Assembly (NCBI RefSeq): GCF_006345805.1
Contig: NC_042999.1
Span: 81,592,001-81,656,000, forward strand
DNA length: 64,000 nt
Origin: Octopus sinensis
Taxonomy: Eukaryota
Reading direction: 5' to 3'
In this document: piece by piece, positions 26,111 through 38,662 of the stretch
Layout of the letters: each line of letters begins with the position of its first letter
How positions within the stretch are numbered: position 1 is the first letter of the stretch
The notes under the pieces: generated by a model
What the model was told of the DNA's origin: nothing
Database searches by the model: none
What the model saw: the letters and a program-made list of their open reading frames with translations, nothing else
Translations under genes and position numbers: made by a program

Positions 26111-27006
26111 GTTGAATTCCAGATCGCCCCCTTAATTATAATAGAAATATTAATACTCAGTTTCAGAAATTTAATACTAATTATGTGAAAATATATAAGA
26201 TTGTATAAAACTATAATTAATTGAAATTTTGATTTAACTTAAATTTTCAATTACCCACTCTTACTTTTTATTATTATTTTTCTCTTACTAACATGTATGA
26301 TGCTGACTTATAATAAGTAACCATACAAAGACTACGACACATCTCAATAGATGTGGAAAAAACGGAAGAAATTACTCTTATTTATTAATGAGATTTTATA
26401 GATATTCGAATATTTCTCGTCGATTATGTATATCACATCACACGCCACCATCTTACATGCTTTCATATTATCTATTTATTTTTTGCGATTGTATTTTCAA
26501 ATAAAAGTGCCTAATAGAAATAATATCGTTTTCCTTTACTTTCTTCTCTATATTCAGTATAGTTTTGCTTTGATTTTTCCAAAATGTTATTTCGTATAAT
26601 GAAACTAAAAGGAAAATTCACGTTTCATCACACCAAATATTTCCCGTTAATAAAACCTATCTCCTCTTTTCTTTTGTAGCTCAATCCTATCTTATTTCCT
26701 CCTGATATGTATTTCTTTTAATATATTTCATACCTTCAGAAATATAGAAAAATTATTGTTATATGTGATGACCGATATCATCATTACATAGATCGATATA
26801 CCACAAGTAACAGTCATATATATTTACATTTAATGTCGTTACTGTGGGTTTGTCCACCTACGAATATTATTTCGCATAGAAACATTCGGTCGATGATTCA
26901 TTCTTTCTAATATTTGAACTTGATGGCTCAACTCTTTATATACATTAGTAAGTATTTAAATATTATTCATATAAAGTCTCTCTCTCTCTCTCTCTCTCTC
27001 TCTATT

Positions 27007-27055
<49 letters not shown>

Positions 27056-27070
27056 TATATGTATATATAT

Positions 27071-27392
27071 TACGGAGATGTACTTGCATAACAAGTGTGC
27101 TGGAACGAAAACAATTTCAGCGTAGAAGGTGTTTATAAGCCATTAAGAAAAACGCACAAAAACCGATAGATTCACTTCAACATTTAAACTTGATTTGTCT
27201 AAATATTTTAGTCGCTTTGAGACCACGACCTGTTCACTGACAAAAGAGAGGCAGCACGGACTTTTGTCACTGAACAGGACGCGCTCTCAAAGCGACGAAA
27301 ATATTTTGACAACTTAAATTTAAATGTTGAAGTGATCTAACGGTTTTTTGTGGCTTCTTAAATGGCTTATAAACAACTTCCACGCTGCAATT

Positions 27393-27396
<4 letters not shown>
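27071..27396. mobile_element. palindromic MITE-like element in (TA)n
   Basis: Left arm about 27108-27245 pairs imperfectly with right arm 27260-27396 around a 14-bp spacer; both ends abut (TA)n. A second family member lies at 58465-58695. Confidence 0.8.
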
Positions 27397-27428
<32 letters not shown>

Positions 27429-28254
27429 TATATATATATATAATAATAACAAATTAATAAATAAACATATGCATACATACATATATGTACATACCTACAT
27501 CTATATGTATATATACATGCATATATGCGTACAGGACACCAAAAAACGTAGAACACATCGAGAAACGAAGACATAAAAATAAAAAACATGAAAACGGACT
27601 TTTTCAAACAGAGTACAAGATATACAACACAAGGAACATTCCCCTTCTTCAGCTGCCCCTGCTTCGACTACTCCGTGTTTCGAAGGTGATGGCAAGACAC
27701 GACTTAATTGAAACAATCCTTCCCGCAAAGCAAATTAAATAAAAATTGGGATTTTTTGCGGAGGGGTAAAAATGGTGACAAGAACAAGACAATAGAAACA
27801 AAACAAGAGAGTAAAAGTAATACAAATAAAAACAGTAAAATGCAGGACAAGGAGAATAACAGAAAAAACAAACGATAAGAGCTTTTAAGCCGAGACGATG
27901 GAAAAACGTATTTTGAACGCATTGAGAAAACGGCTTACGAGGACAGGAGAAGCCGTTGTAGACTTGCTGAAGGCAGTAGTAAGAATGAAAGTTAGCTACC
28001 CTCCGGTCAGCGACGAGAAGGAGGAGGAGGAGTAAGAGAGACGGAACGGTGAAAGGGAGAGGAGAAGAATAGGGAAAAGTGGGAGAGAAAACCAAAAAGG
28101 ATGAAAAATAAGAGAGGGAGAGAGAAAGGCAGGGAGGAAGGCAGATAGGCAAGGGAGGAAAGTAGGGAGTTTGGTCAAGTTAGAGTGCGCTCATAATTAT
28201 TAAGATAATTATTAAGATTATATATATATAATATATATATATTATTTATATATA

Positions 28255-28288
<34 letters not shown>

Positions 28289-28349
28289 TATGTATATATA
28301 TTATATATATATATTATATACCAAACCAGCGTAAGTATGTTGGTGGAGG

Positions 28350-28465
28350 ATGGCATTCCACCACACGGTTCAGTTCGTCGTCCAGTCCAACTTCGCGGCA
28401 CCATGTTCAAGTGTTTACTATTGTTTCGGGCCGTCCATAGAGTTGCGAATGGATTTGGGACGCAG
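28350..28465 (+). mobile_element. SINE family A 5' fragment, decayed
   Basis: CCACACGGTTC...TTCAAGTGT...TCGGGCCG...GAATGGATTTGG...GGAACTGAAG aligns to 19880-20010. Confidence 0.55.
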
Positions 28466-28616
28466 GAACTGAAGGATATAATATATATATATAATATATT
28501 ATATAGATATATATATATATATTATACATATATAATATATATATGTATATATATATATGTATATATATCTATATATATATATATATATATATTATAATAT
28601 ATATATATATCTTAAG

Positions 28617-28937
28617 ACTCCGCCGGTTACGACGACGAGGGTCCCAGCTGATACGATCAACGGAACAGCTTGCTCGTGAATTAACGTGCAAATGGCTGAG
28701 CATTCCACAGGACACGTGTACCCTTAACGTAGTTCTCGGGGATAATCAGCGTGACACCGAGAGTGACAAGGCTGACCCTTTGAAATACAAGTACAACTCA
28801 TTTTTGCCAGCTGGAGTGGACTGGAGCAACGTGAGATAAAGTGTCTTGCTCAAGGACACAACGCGTCGCCGGGAATCGAACTCACAACCTTACGATCATG
28901 AGCCGAATGCCCTAACCACTAAGCCACGCGCCCTCAC
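28617..28937 (-). mobile_element. SINE family C (tRNA-type head, tail shared with family B)
   Basis: Minus strand has head GTGAGGGCGCGTGGCTTAGTGGTTAGGGCATTCGG...TTCGATTCCCGG, body GAGCAAGACACTTTATCTCACGTTGCTCCAGTCCAC and tail CCTCGTCGTCGTAACCGGCGAGTC. Confidence 0.85.
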
Positions 28938-28968
<31 letters not shown>

Positions 28969-29070
28969 ATATACATACACACATATATATATATTTTAAA
29001 TACAGATTCTGTCTGTTTGTGTGTTTGTTCATTTGTTTGTCCACCATAATGAAAGAAACGTTTTCAAGAG

Positions 29071-29776
29071 AAAGTATGTTTTTTCCATATCTCCTATTAG
29101 GCTATTGTTTAATTTGTCTTAACAAAATTTTTGCAATAGTACAACACTAATTGTGCACAGACGTATGAGGAATTGCATTGATGCAAATATTCTCACTGGT
29201 TGTGGTAAAGTTGACACCGTCTTCGTTTCTCTTATTCCAATTGAAGCCGTTACATTTCCCTATCCCACATTCTTTTGCCATGGGCATTAATAGAACTCAT
29301 GGCGAAACACGAAAAGATGCTGGATTGCAACTTGAAGAACTAACAGTTATTACATGTTTTCTCTTATATAATACACTAATACAAGACTAATAGACCTAAT
29401 TCTGCTGTTGTAGTCTCACCCTGGTTCAGATTCAAAACTGAATGTCTCAATTCTCCTGGGACATACGGCCTATTAAAATTTCAAAAGAAACCGCAAGAAA
29501 TGGGTCTTTCACTTCACCTGTGGCCTTCTCAGTGACATCGCATAGTCATCTGGATTCCGTAAATCTATTCATATATATGATATAGCTACTCTTTTAGCTT
29601 CATTCTTTCAATTCTCCAATAGCATACCACCTACTCAGACGTCAAAAGGAACATAGAGAAATGGATGTTCTACTTGACCTATAGCATTTTCAGTGCCATC
29701 GCAATCATCTGGATTCCACGAAGCTATTCTATGATATACCCATTTTATTTAGCTTCTTTGCGGGTATTACTGCTAG
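29071..29776 (+). mobile_element. Helitron 3' remnant (PIF1-like helicase C-terminal pseudogene plus CTAG end)
   Basis: PIRLLFNL*...FCNSTTLIV...NCIDANILTGCGK / HFPIPHSFAMGINRTHGET..AGLQL matches Helitron helicase end motifs. Ends CGGGTATTACTG-CTAG|T at 29776 in (TA)n. Confidence 0.78.
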
Positions 29777-29879
29777 TATATGTATATATATTATATTATA
29801 TATATATTATATATATATATTATATATATATATATATATATAGATATTATATATACTATATAAATATATACACACACAC

Positions 29880-29911
<32 letters not shown>

Positions 29912-31319
29912 GTTTAGAAATACATACACACACGTATATATATATATATAATATATATATATATATATAATATGCATCGCTACACGCATTTCCCCATGTC
30001 ATATGAATTTGAGATCACAGTCCATATTCCTGAGATGACTACAGTGCAGAACGTAGTATCCGTAGGGTGTCGGGTTGATCATCTTCAAGGATTCATTTCT
30101 TCATACGATGTCACATTAATGGCTGCACACCAGAGGAAAATTTGTCCTACAGAAACTTTATTTGGAAGTATATATATACATTTGTAATTATACTTGAATT
30201 ATTGATTTGAGAGATTAGCGAATAAGTTCCATATATCTTTCCTATACTATTCATCTAGATATATCTAACATATCTATACTAATCCATTCATATAGTATGT
30301 CAAGTAATCGAATAAATGTTAAATGGATTCTAAGGTTACGTTACGATTAGTTATCTACTGTTACCCTATAATGTGATAAAATACATGTTGAAACTATATT
30401 ATAAATTGAAAAAAAAAAAAATTCCTGATCATGGTCTCATAACACATCATAAAACACAGCATACAAATCAACGTGCAGAAAACCTGCGTCTTGGTGAATA
30501 TGAGTGATCTGTTACCTTCTTTTCCAAATATATATTCGTTTTGTATATTGAATTTCTAGTTCAAATCTAGATGATATCACATCTCACTGATATAAATAAT
30601 GTATATCAATGTGCTGAATTTTATATTTACGATAGACTAGCATTAAGCTTCACATGCATCGTTAAATTGCATTAAAGTTGCTGTTACATTATTGTAAATA
30701 TGCAGTATTTTCTATAACGTATATATTAAAGTATAACGTTATTGATAAACTATGGTTACTCATCAGAATTATTGTCATATAACACTAAATCACCCGCTGC
30801 GAATATCTAATATTACATTACGGAAGAGACCAGATGTGTACATTTATTTAAAAGTTAACACACAGAATTTATGACCGCATCACAACTTTACATCTAAGAG
30901 AGAGAATAATTGGTTATAACGAATTGTAAAAACATACAGGATTTGCTTTCATACTGTGAAGAAAAATGGCGAATCTGCTTACGCAAATCTTTGCAGAAGA
31001 TTCCAGCCAATTATAAATTTATATAAATGATGCTATTTTAATGCACATTTCGTTTTTCTTTTGGCAAATACACATATTTCTCAAATATTTCTATTTCATG
31101 TCGACTAATTTTAATCATATTATCCCAATCAATCTTCAAATATTTTAGAATTTGTTTCACGCACGGACATACAGAACAACCGCACAAACACAGACACGCA
31201 GGTGCGCATGCGCGAGCGGGTGCACAATCACAATAACACACACAAACACGCATAAAAGGAGAGAGAAAAAGGCAGATATGCCTGCATATACCTATATAAA
31301 AGCAGATTCACACACACGC

Positions 31320-31358
<39 letters not shown>

Positions 31359-31359
<1 letters not shown>

Positions 31360-32440
31360 TAGCAGTGATACCTGTCGTTGATCGGGTAATTACTTCGGGT
31401 ACCACATTCAAAGTATTACTATATATATATATATATATAATTTACTCCTCCTGTATGTGTATGTTTTATCAGAGAAAAATATGTAATAATTGAAGTAGAA
31501 AAAAGGAACTGTGTTTGTTTATTATATGACAATAATAAGTGAGGTGTATGTTTTTATTTTATTTATTAATACAGTGATGGCAATTATATAATATTGTTAT
31601 AAGAGAACACATGTAATAGTTCAAGTAAGAAAAAGATAAATTTCATACATGATTTTCTGTTTGTTTATTATATGATAATAATAAGTTAGCTCTATGTGCT
31701 ATTTTATTTGTCAAATAATGGCAATTATATAATACACTACATTCAAATATGTAAGTTACTCATTCTTGAATGTAATGAAAGTAATAGTAAATTAAGTTAT
31801 TGAAGTATTCATATTGCATTAAGAGTGAATATTTCTTTATAAACAATATTTGTTTGTTTTATTTCGGGGTGCATAAGCAGAAAGATTTGCTTTCGCTCCC
31901 ACACATGAAGCCCCTATATAAAGTTGTCATGTGAAAAGCCCGTCTGTTCAGGTTGCAATCCAGCAACTTTTAGTGCCCATGGCAAAGAAAATTGTGATAC
32001 AAAAGTTTAATCGCTTAAACTAGAATGAGATATTGGATGGTATAACTGATATGCGAGAAATGAAGATGGGCTTACCTTTACCACAACCAGTGAGAATATT
32101 TGCCTCAATGCAGTTCCTCACGAGTTTATTCACAATTAATCTTTTACCTTTCCATAATTTTGGTTGAGACAAATTATATTGGGCCCGGTGGTTCTAGTGA
32201 GTTCAAACATTCGATGGGGGTAATTAAAAATATCATGAGCAGCAACAACCCTGTCAATAGAATAGTAAGAAAATACTCCTGCTGGAAGTTTATTCAACAG
32301 CATATTCTTAATGCTACTTACAGCCACATGTTTTGGTGCCAGGATAGGTCGGTCACAAATCTAATCTATATTGTTGCAATTATTAAGAAGATTAGGAAAG
32401 GTTTTATCCACCAAATCATCGGCGGAATCAGTTGAATTAC
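31359..32440 (-). mobile_element. Helitron 3' remnant, same family as 29071-29776
   Basis: Minus strand LVDKTFPNL...RPILAPK...LLNKLP...NYP / NCIEANILTGCGKG...FKRL...FAM...KVAGL...FSH.QLY...NIVYKEIF. Ends ACCCGATCAACGACAGGT-ATCACTG-CTAG|T at 31359. Confidence 0.85.
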
Positions 32441-34007
32441 ATATTGGATTGATTGTAATTTAGGCAATAACATAATAGCTTCCCTTGAAAAAGGTGTTCT
32501 CATTTTGCCGGAGAAAGAGTATTAACTAAAATGTTTCGTTAAAATTAACTGAAAGAAAACTGGGATACAATTAACAAATGGAAAATATGCATTCTCTTTA
32601 TTGACAGGGGCTTATTTATAACATTTGGAATGGTTTAGTATATGATGAAAGCATAGCAAGAGAATGAATACAAAAATATTGGTGAACCGTATAACGAATT
32701 AATTATTTACTCTGCTTAATCTGACAGAACATACCAATGAGCATAGAAAAATTGAAAAGCAATAAACTTTAAAAATAACTTCTGAAAGATCAGCAGTTAT
32801 ATTCAATATTGTTCAATACTTAAAATAACCTTTCCGCTGTTGGCTTAATCAGAAATCTTTTTCGTAAGTAAATTGTTGTAAATGTCAGGAATGATTTTCA
32901 AAAATTATATATATATATAGATATATATATTATATATATATATATTTATTGTGTTGTGTGTGTGTGTGTTTGTGTGTATATGTTTACATGTATGAATGTG
33001 CGTATGCATCTATATATATATGTATATATATATACATGTACTATATAAAAACACAAATGTATATACTGTGTATATATATATGCATATATTCATATATATA
33101 TATGTATGTATTTATGTATGTATGTATAAAAATTTACATATATATATATATATATATATGTATTTATAATAGAATACAAAAAAGAAACGGAGAAAGTAAA
33201 AATATATCACTGTATAAACCACCGTATCGGATGTGGTTACACTCACTGGTTACAATTAGTTACATCGTATTATGTTAGCTTCTGAACGAATCCACCAACC
33301 GGTTAGGCGGGTAGGCCATTATAGCTCCTAATCAGAATGCCACTCTGTCACTTAGTAGACAACTGAATGTTCTAGAGCAATTTGAAATGAAATGTTTTGC
33401 GCAGTCCAGGAAATAATACATCGTTCTTACTATCATGATTGTAGCACTCTAACCACCAGGCCACATAACTTCATGGACACACATATAGATGTGTGTATGC
33501 TTCTTTGTGCGTGCACGCACGGTGTGTCTTGTGTGTTTGTGCGTGCGTGCTTCTTTATGTATGTATTTTTAAGTGTGTGCCTTTGTGTAACGTGCTGCAA
33601 TATTCCATGCTGGCAACGTATCATTCCTGGCTAGTAGCCATCTACGTTCAGGTTGATATAGATCCCAACTCGCCCTGTAGTGTTAAAATTTATCCAGCAG
33701 GAGAACGTTTTACGCACACTAAATTGCACTATCGAGCCATGCACCGAGTATCTTCCGAACTAAAAAAATTAGACTAAATAAGGTTTTAGGAAGTTTGACT
33801 TGAAAATGCATTCAAAAAGCTTTCATCACTTGATTAAAATTATTATTAGCTTTCTCAATTTCATCAGCTGAGAATTCTGTCAAATATAGCTATAGTTTGG
33901 CAAAGCCGCTCAATTTCAGTACACAACCACTCCCAGTGACAGCTAACATGAACAAGAAAAACAACAGCAACAACAAGAAAAGCAGCAACAGCAACAACAG
34001 CAACAGT

Positions 34008-34188
34008 GGAGGCGCAATAGCCAAGTGGTTAGGGCAGCGGACTCACGGTCGTAAGAACGCGGTTACGATTCCCAGACCGGGCATTGTGAGTATTTATTGA
34101 GCAAAAGCAACTAAGCTCCTACGTGGCGCCGGCGGAGGGGGGGTGGGGTTGAAACCCGCTGTACTCTTTCACCATAACTTTCTCTCCC
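34008..34188 (+). mobile_element. SINE family B 5' half
   Basis: GGAGGCGCAATAGCCAAGTGGTTAGGGCAGCGGACTCACGGTCG...CGATTCCCAGACCGG, same head as 58996-59338. Confidence 0.85.
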
Positions 34189-35264
34189 TAGTATGCATTG
34201 TGAATCCTCTGTACCCCAGGATGGTTCAGCTTTCCACCCGTTAAAAGGCACCGTTTACGGAAAGAGGATAACAAACTAGTTTTCGCACCCGTGCAACCGC
34301 CAGTCTATCGTTTGTGGTTATGAATCTTCAAGTTGCCACATGCATTCTTGGTAGCTTAGAGTAGGCTCGAATTAGAAATTGTTCTTTGTGGAGAAGAAGA
34401 AGAAGAAGAAGAAGAAGAAGAAGAAGAGAAGAAGAAGAAGAAGAAGAAGAACAAAACAATAGCAACGACATCAACAGCAACAACAACAGAATGAACACGA
34501 CGGACTATTTAACATGCAAGAACATTGCTATGAAAATTACTCAAAAATATCCGATGAATCCGGAGAAAGAAAGCAAGAAGTGACGAGATGCTGCGAACAG
34601 GACGTTGTAGACACTATTTTTTGATATTCATTTCGTGTATATAATATATTAAAATTGTTTACAGATTCTAAATTCGCGGCCATCGAAAAAGAGTTCATAT
34701 GAACACCTCACTGCACCCACCATCACTAGCAACAAGTTCAAAAATGCAGATAAGTGAAATATATTTGCACCGAACTTCCTTAAACAGAGCACGCGTACTT
34801 GAAATTTAATACAAATCATATCGATACTGACTCGTGCAAAATTCTTCAGCTACAGCAGGTACGATTAAACGGCGGAAATTTTGACGGTCAAGTTCAAGTC
34901 TCACTGCACAAATGGACACGAGAGTATAGTTTTCTATTCTAGATCCATAATTTGCTGGGGAACTCCACCCACAAAAGATTGCTATGCAAGTAGCGTACGT
35001 AGATCAATCTCAGCTAAATTAAAATACATTCTTGATATGGAGGATTTAAAATCAGCACTACCCAACTTGATTTGAGAGGAGGGGATATCAAGGTAATAGT
35101 AGAAATCTAAGGGTTTATAGAAGGCAATGTTTTTTGCGAATACAGTAGCGGCGGGATATCGTTTCCTATAGACGCCTATTACATCAGAGCAAAGATAACT
35201 ATCGTAGCAGTTATCTATATCTATATAATATATATATATATATATATCAGATAATATATATATA

Positions 35265-35325
<61 letters not shown>

Positions 35326-35337
35326 CGTCGAGCTTTT

Positions 35338-35447
35338 TCCAGTTCCGACTGCCAAGAATCTGTGGTCGGCCCGAGGCTATATTACAAGGCATTTGCCGAA
35401 GGTGACACGTACTGAATCCGGGATTATATGGTTGGGAAGCAACGCCT
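35338..35447 (-). mobile_element. SINE family A 5' fragment
   Basis: Reverse complement of CCCAACCATATAATCCCGGATTCAGT...TAGCCTCGGGCCGACC aligns to the family A head. Confidence 0.65.
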
Positions 35448-35811
35448 GCATCTATATATGCATTTGTTTTTTATCAGCATTCGTTAAGCGAACACATTTT
35501 ACACCACTTATTATTTACGCAGCCTGCTCAATATATCTCACAGAAATTTTCATTTTGAAATGGAATAGCAGAGCTTATAGAGCTTGGAGTAAATATCAGT
35601 AACATTTATATACACAGCCATTTATCACTTTCCTTCCAATTTTTGAAGAAACAAAATACAAGTCGAAATATGGCAGCTCAGAATATAAATATAAAACGTA
35701 GTCAACGGTTCAGTATATTTAGATACAAAAACCTATTACAATACCATTTCTCATTCGTTTTATTCGTACGTGTCTTATATACATATGTATATATGTAAGA
35801 TAAAAGTGTAG

Positions 35812-35856
<45 letters not shown>

Positions 35857-36453
35857 CACAGAGAGAGAGAGAGAGAGAGTAAGGAAAATTGTCTCGTCAT
35901 AAAAATCAAAATGTCGTATATTACACCATCTTGTCTAGTGCATCAATAAAGCAAACTTATGATTTATTTATATCTATAAACATTTGCAATTAAAGGGTGA
36001 AACTGTTTAACTTGAGTTAATTTACTTGGGTGAACATTTCTGCTGTAAGGTTAATGTAGGTTTTCGTATCAATCAAATTCGGCGAGCGGTACACCTCGCA
36101 TTCTCACACATAAGCCCATAACAAAGCACACACGGAGAGTCATGAATGTATGTATACTTGTGTTTACATTTATATATTTATATGTATTGAATGCATATCA
36201 TATATATATTATTATATATATATATATAATTATATATATATGTGTGAATAGAAAGATGAATAATCTTGTAGTAGATTAATCAAAAGTTTAACCGATACCT
36301 TAGTAGCAAAAATCACAGCAGTGAACAGCACGGTTGGAGGTACAACCATCTGGCGTTGCACCGTGCGTTGGTGCGGATAATTGAAATTAAAACATTATTG
36401 GTGAATTGAAGAATGGAGCTGAACGCAGATTGAACAGAAATCGTTTTATTTCA

Positions 36454-36534
36454 TTCTACACGTGTTTCGAAAGGCACAAATTACCAAAATCCGATTGAAT
36501 AATGGGACCATATTGTGTCTTTCTCTTCAGGAAG
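36454..36534 (-). ncRNA. type I hammerhead ribozyme motif (family 3)
   Basis: Reverse complement of 37438-37517 with one extra A outside the core. Confidence 0.8.
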
Positions 36535-37437
36535 AAAAAAGGAAATCCGTTGGAAAAACAAAAACAGAACAGAGGCAGAGCAAAAAACAAATCGAACTGT
36601 GCTCCTAAGAGCCCATGGCGAAACTGTTATCAGTGTATGTGAGACCGGTGGCTGAAGAATTCAACAGGTCAGGCATCGGTCAAACATGTGGGTGAGGGTG
36701 TATAGATGTTCTTTGTGACCGAGAATAAAGTTCTGACTATTTAAAGAATATTGATGTTTTATAAGGGGCGAGAAAAAATCTACTTAGAGACGTGTGTGTG
36801 TGTATACTGTTCTATATATGTGTGTGTTGGCGTAGGGGTAGAAAACATTTTTTGTGTACGTGTGTGCGTTTGATCGTTCGGCTGTCAGTGGCTACTGCCG
36901 TGATAACCGTTGGGTGGCAGAAAGAAAAAAAAAATAAAGAAATTATATATATATATTTATGTTTTATGTGTGTGTGTGTGTGTTCATCTAAGCCTACCTT
37001 GACAAGGAAAACCCCCCGCTGTGAAAAAAACAAGCCCCGTTTGTCTTACAGGAGTAATTTCCCTTGCAGTGGTTAATTGTAGATATCTTAAAATCTATTT
37101 CAGAATTGTTACCAAGGGCTATGGGTGCCGGTCTTATTTATAAACGCTATTTAAAGGCCAGATAAGTGTAACGCCGCCAATGGGGGCATCGAAAAGCCGA
37201 CTGTAAGAGCCCGTTTACCATCCGGCCTCTGGCAAACAAAATATAGAAGAGTTCGGAGACACAAAGGTTGCACTGTCTTGCCCCTATCAAATGGGAGGGC
37301 CACCGACAAAATTGACCATTCCAGCCTATAGCTTAAGTTCGCTTCCTTCAGTCGCCATATTAGCTTACTGAGTCCCGTGGTCTGGCGCTTGTCACTGCCT
37401 CTGTTCTGTTTTGTTTTTCCAACGGATTTCCTTTTTT

Positions 37438-37517
37438 CTTCCTGAAGAGAAAGACACAATATGGTCCCATTATTCAATCGGATTTTGGTAATTGTGCCTT
37501 TCGAAACACGTGTAGAA
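37438..37517 (+). ncRNA. type I hammerhead ribozyme motif (family 3)
   Basis: CTTC-CTGAAGA-GAAAGACACAAT...ATTGTGCCTTTC-GAA-ACACGTGT-A-GAA. Stem II pairs 11 of 12, stem III is palindromic, GUA site after 37514, stem I imperfect beyond 3 bp. Confidence 0.8.
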
Positions 37518-37592
37518 TGAAATAAAACGATTTCTGTTCAATCTGCGTTCAGCTCCATTTCTTCAATTCACCAATAATGTTTTATTATATAT

Positions 37593-37640
<48 letters not shown>

Positions 37641-38323
37641 TGTATGTATGTATGTATGTATGCATGTATGTATGTATATATATATATCTTTATGTATGTA
37701 TGTATGTATATATATATTTATATACGTGTCTAAATATGAATATATATATATATATAGTATAAATACTTATTTATTGATGGTAGTGTGTATATGTGTGTGT
37801 ATGTATTTATGTATGAAATGTATTTGTGTGTCGATTCGTGTATCTGTGTCCGTCAATATATGATTTTATGCGCCAAAGAATACATATATTTATGTAGACA
37901 TATACTTGTAATGTTGTTATGGCGATGCTCGTTTGTCTAGAAATGTCTGTGAATATTAGTCACTGTATGTATCTGTACGTTTAGAAGAAAATATAGGAAT
38001 GATAAATATACTAATTCGCAGATATTGAAAAGCTAGAGTAAAAATATTGGATAATGAGAAAAAGTGAAAGAAGAGTAAAAGGACTAAAAGTGTGTAATGA
38101 AAATTTTTAAACAGCTGTCAAAGGTTTTCTTATTCATAATTGCACATTGTCACACATATTTGAAAAGCTCGTTTATCTTTAGAGAATAACATGTTCGCTG
38201 AACCTTTTTGAACAGTTCGTAGATACGTAGTCGCACAAGTCAACATAATTTCGTGTATATGCATATAAATAGACATGATCATAAGAATATAAATTTTTTA
38301 CTTCTACACACAGGCGAACATAC

Positions 38324-38380
<57 letters not shown>

Positions 38381-38531
38381 AAAGGGCTTAGTAAAATAAA
38401 TTACTTGCCGCATACTGAACTCAATGTATATATAATGTAATAATTTGAATTCGCCTTGAATGGTCCCTTTGCATACTGAACACTTGGTGAAATTGATTAA
38501 TAATTAATTAATTTTGCCCTCAATTGTTGAA

Positions 38532-38563
<32 letters not shown>

Positions 38564-38569
38564 TATATA

Positions 38570-38586
38570 TAGATAGATAGATAGAC

Positions 38587-38660
<74 letters not shown>
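38570..38660. repeat. (ATAG)n microsatellite
   Basis: Direct tetranucleotide run. Confidence 0.95.

Positions 38661-38662
<2 letters not shown>

Larger units (their letters stand above)
36388..37584 (-). mobile_element. 5'-truncated Penelope-like element with inverted pseudo-LTRs
   Basis: 190-bp inverted arms 36388-36578 and 37395-37584 differ by three homopolymer indels. Minus-strand 37395-37147 reads TTGLSKLIWRLKE...RLEWSIL...PFD / CNLCVSELFYIL...VN...CPHWRRYTYLAFK* with one frameshift. Confidence 0.85.

Noticed and set aside
27500-28200. GC-richer repeat-like block with GAAAC preceding CTGAAGA on the minus strand (possible permuted hammerhead)
   Set aside because: Stems I and III cannot be formed and stem II needs core bases. 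It is probably a dispersed repeat, but no family or ribozyme can be supported.
34008-34080. tRNA-like sequences (also 58996-59070, 28860-28937, 19860-19930)
   Set aside because: They continue into SINE bodies and lack a complete cloverleaf, so they are SINE heads rather than tRNA genes.
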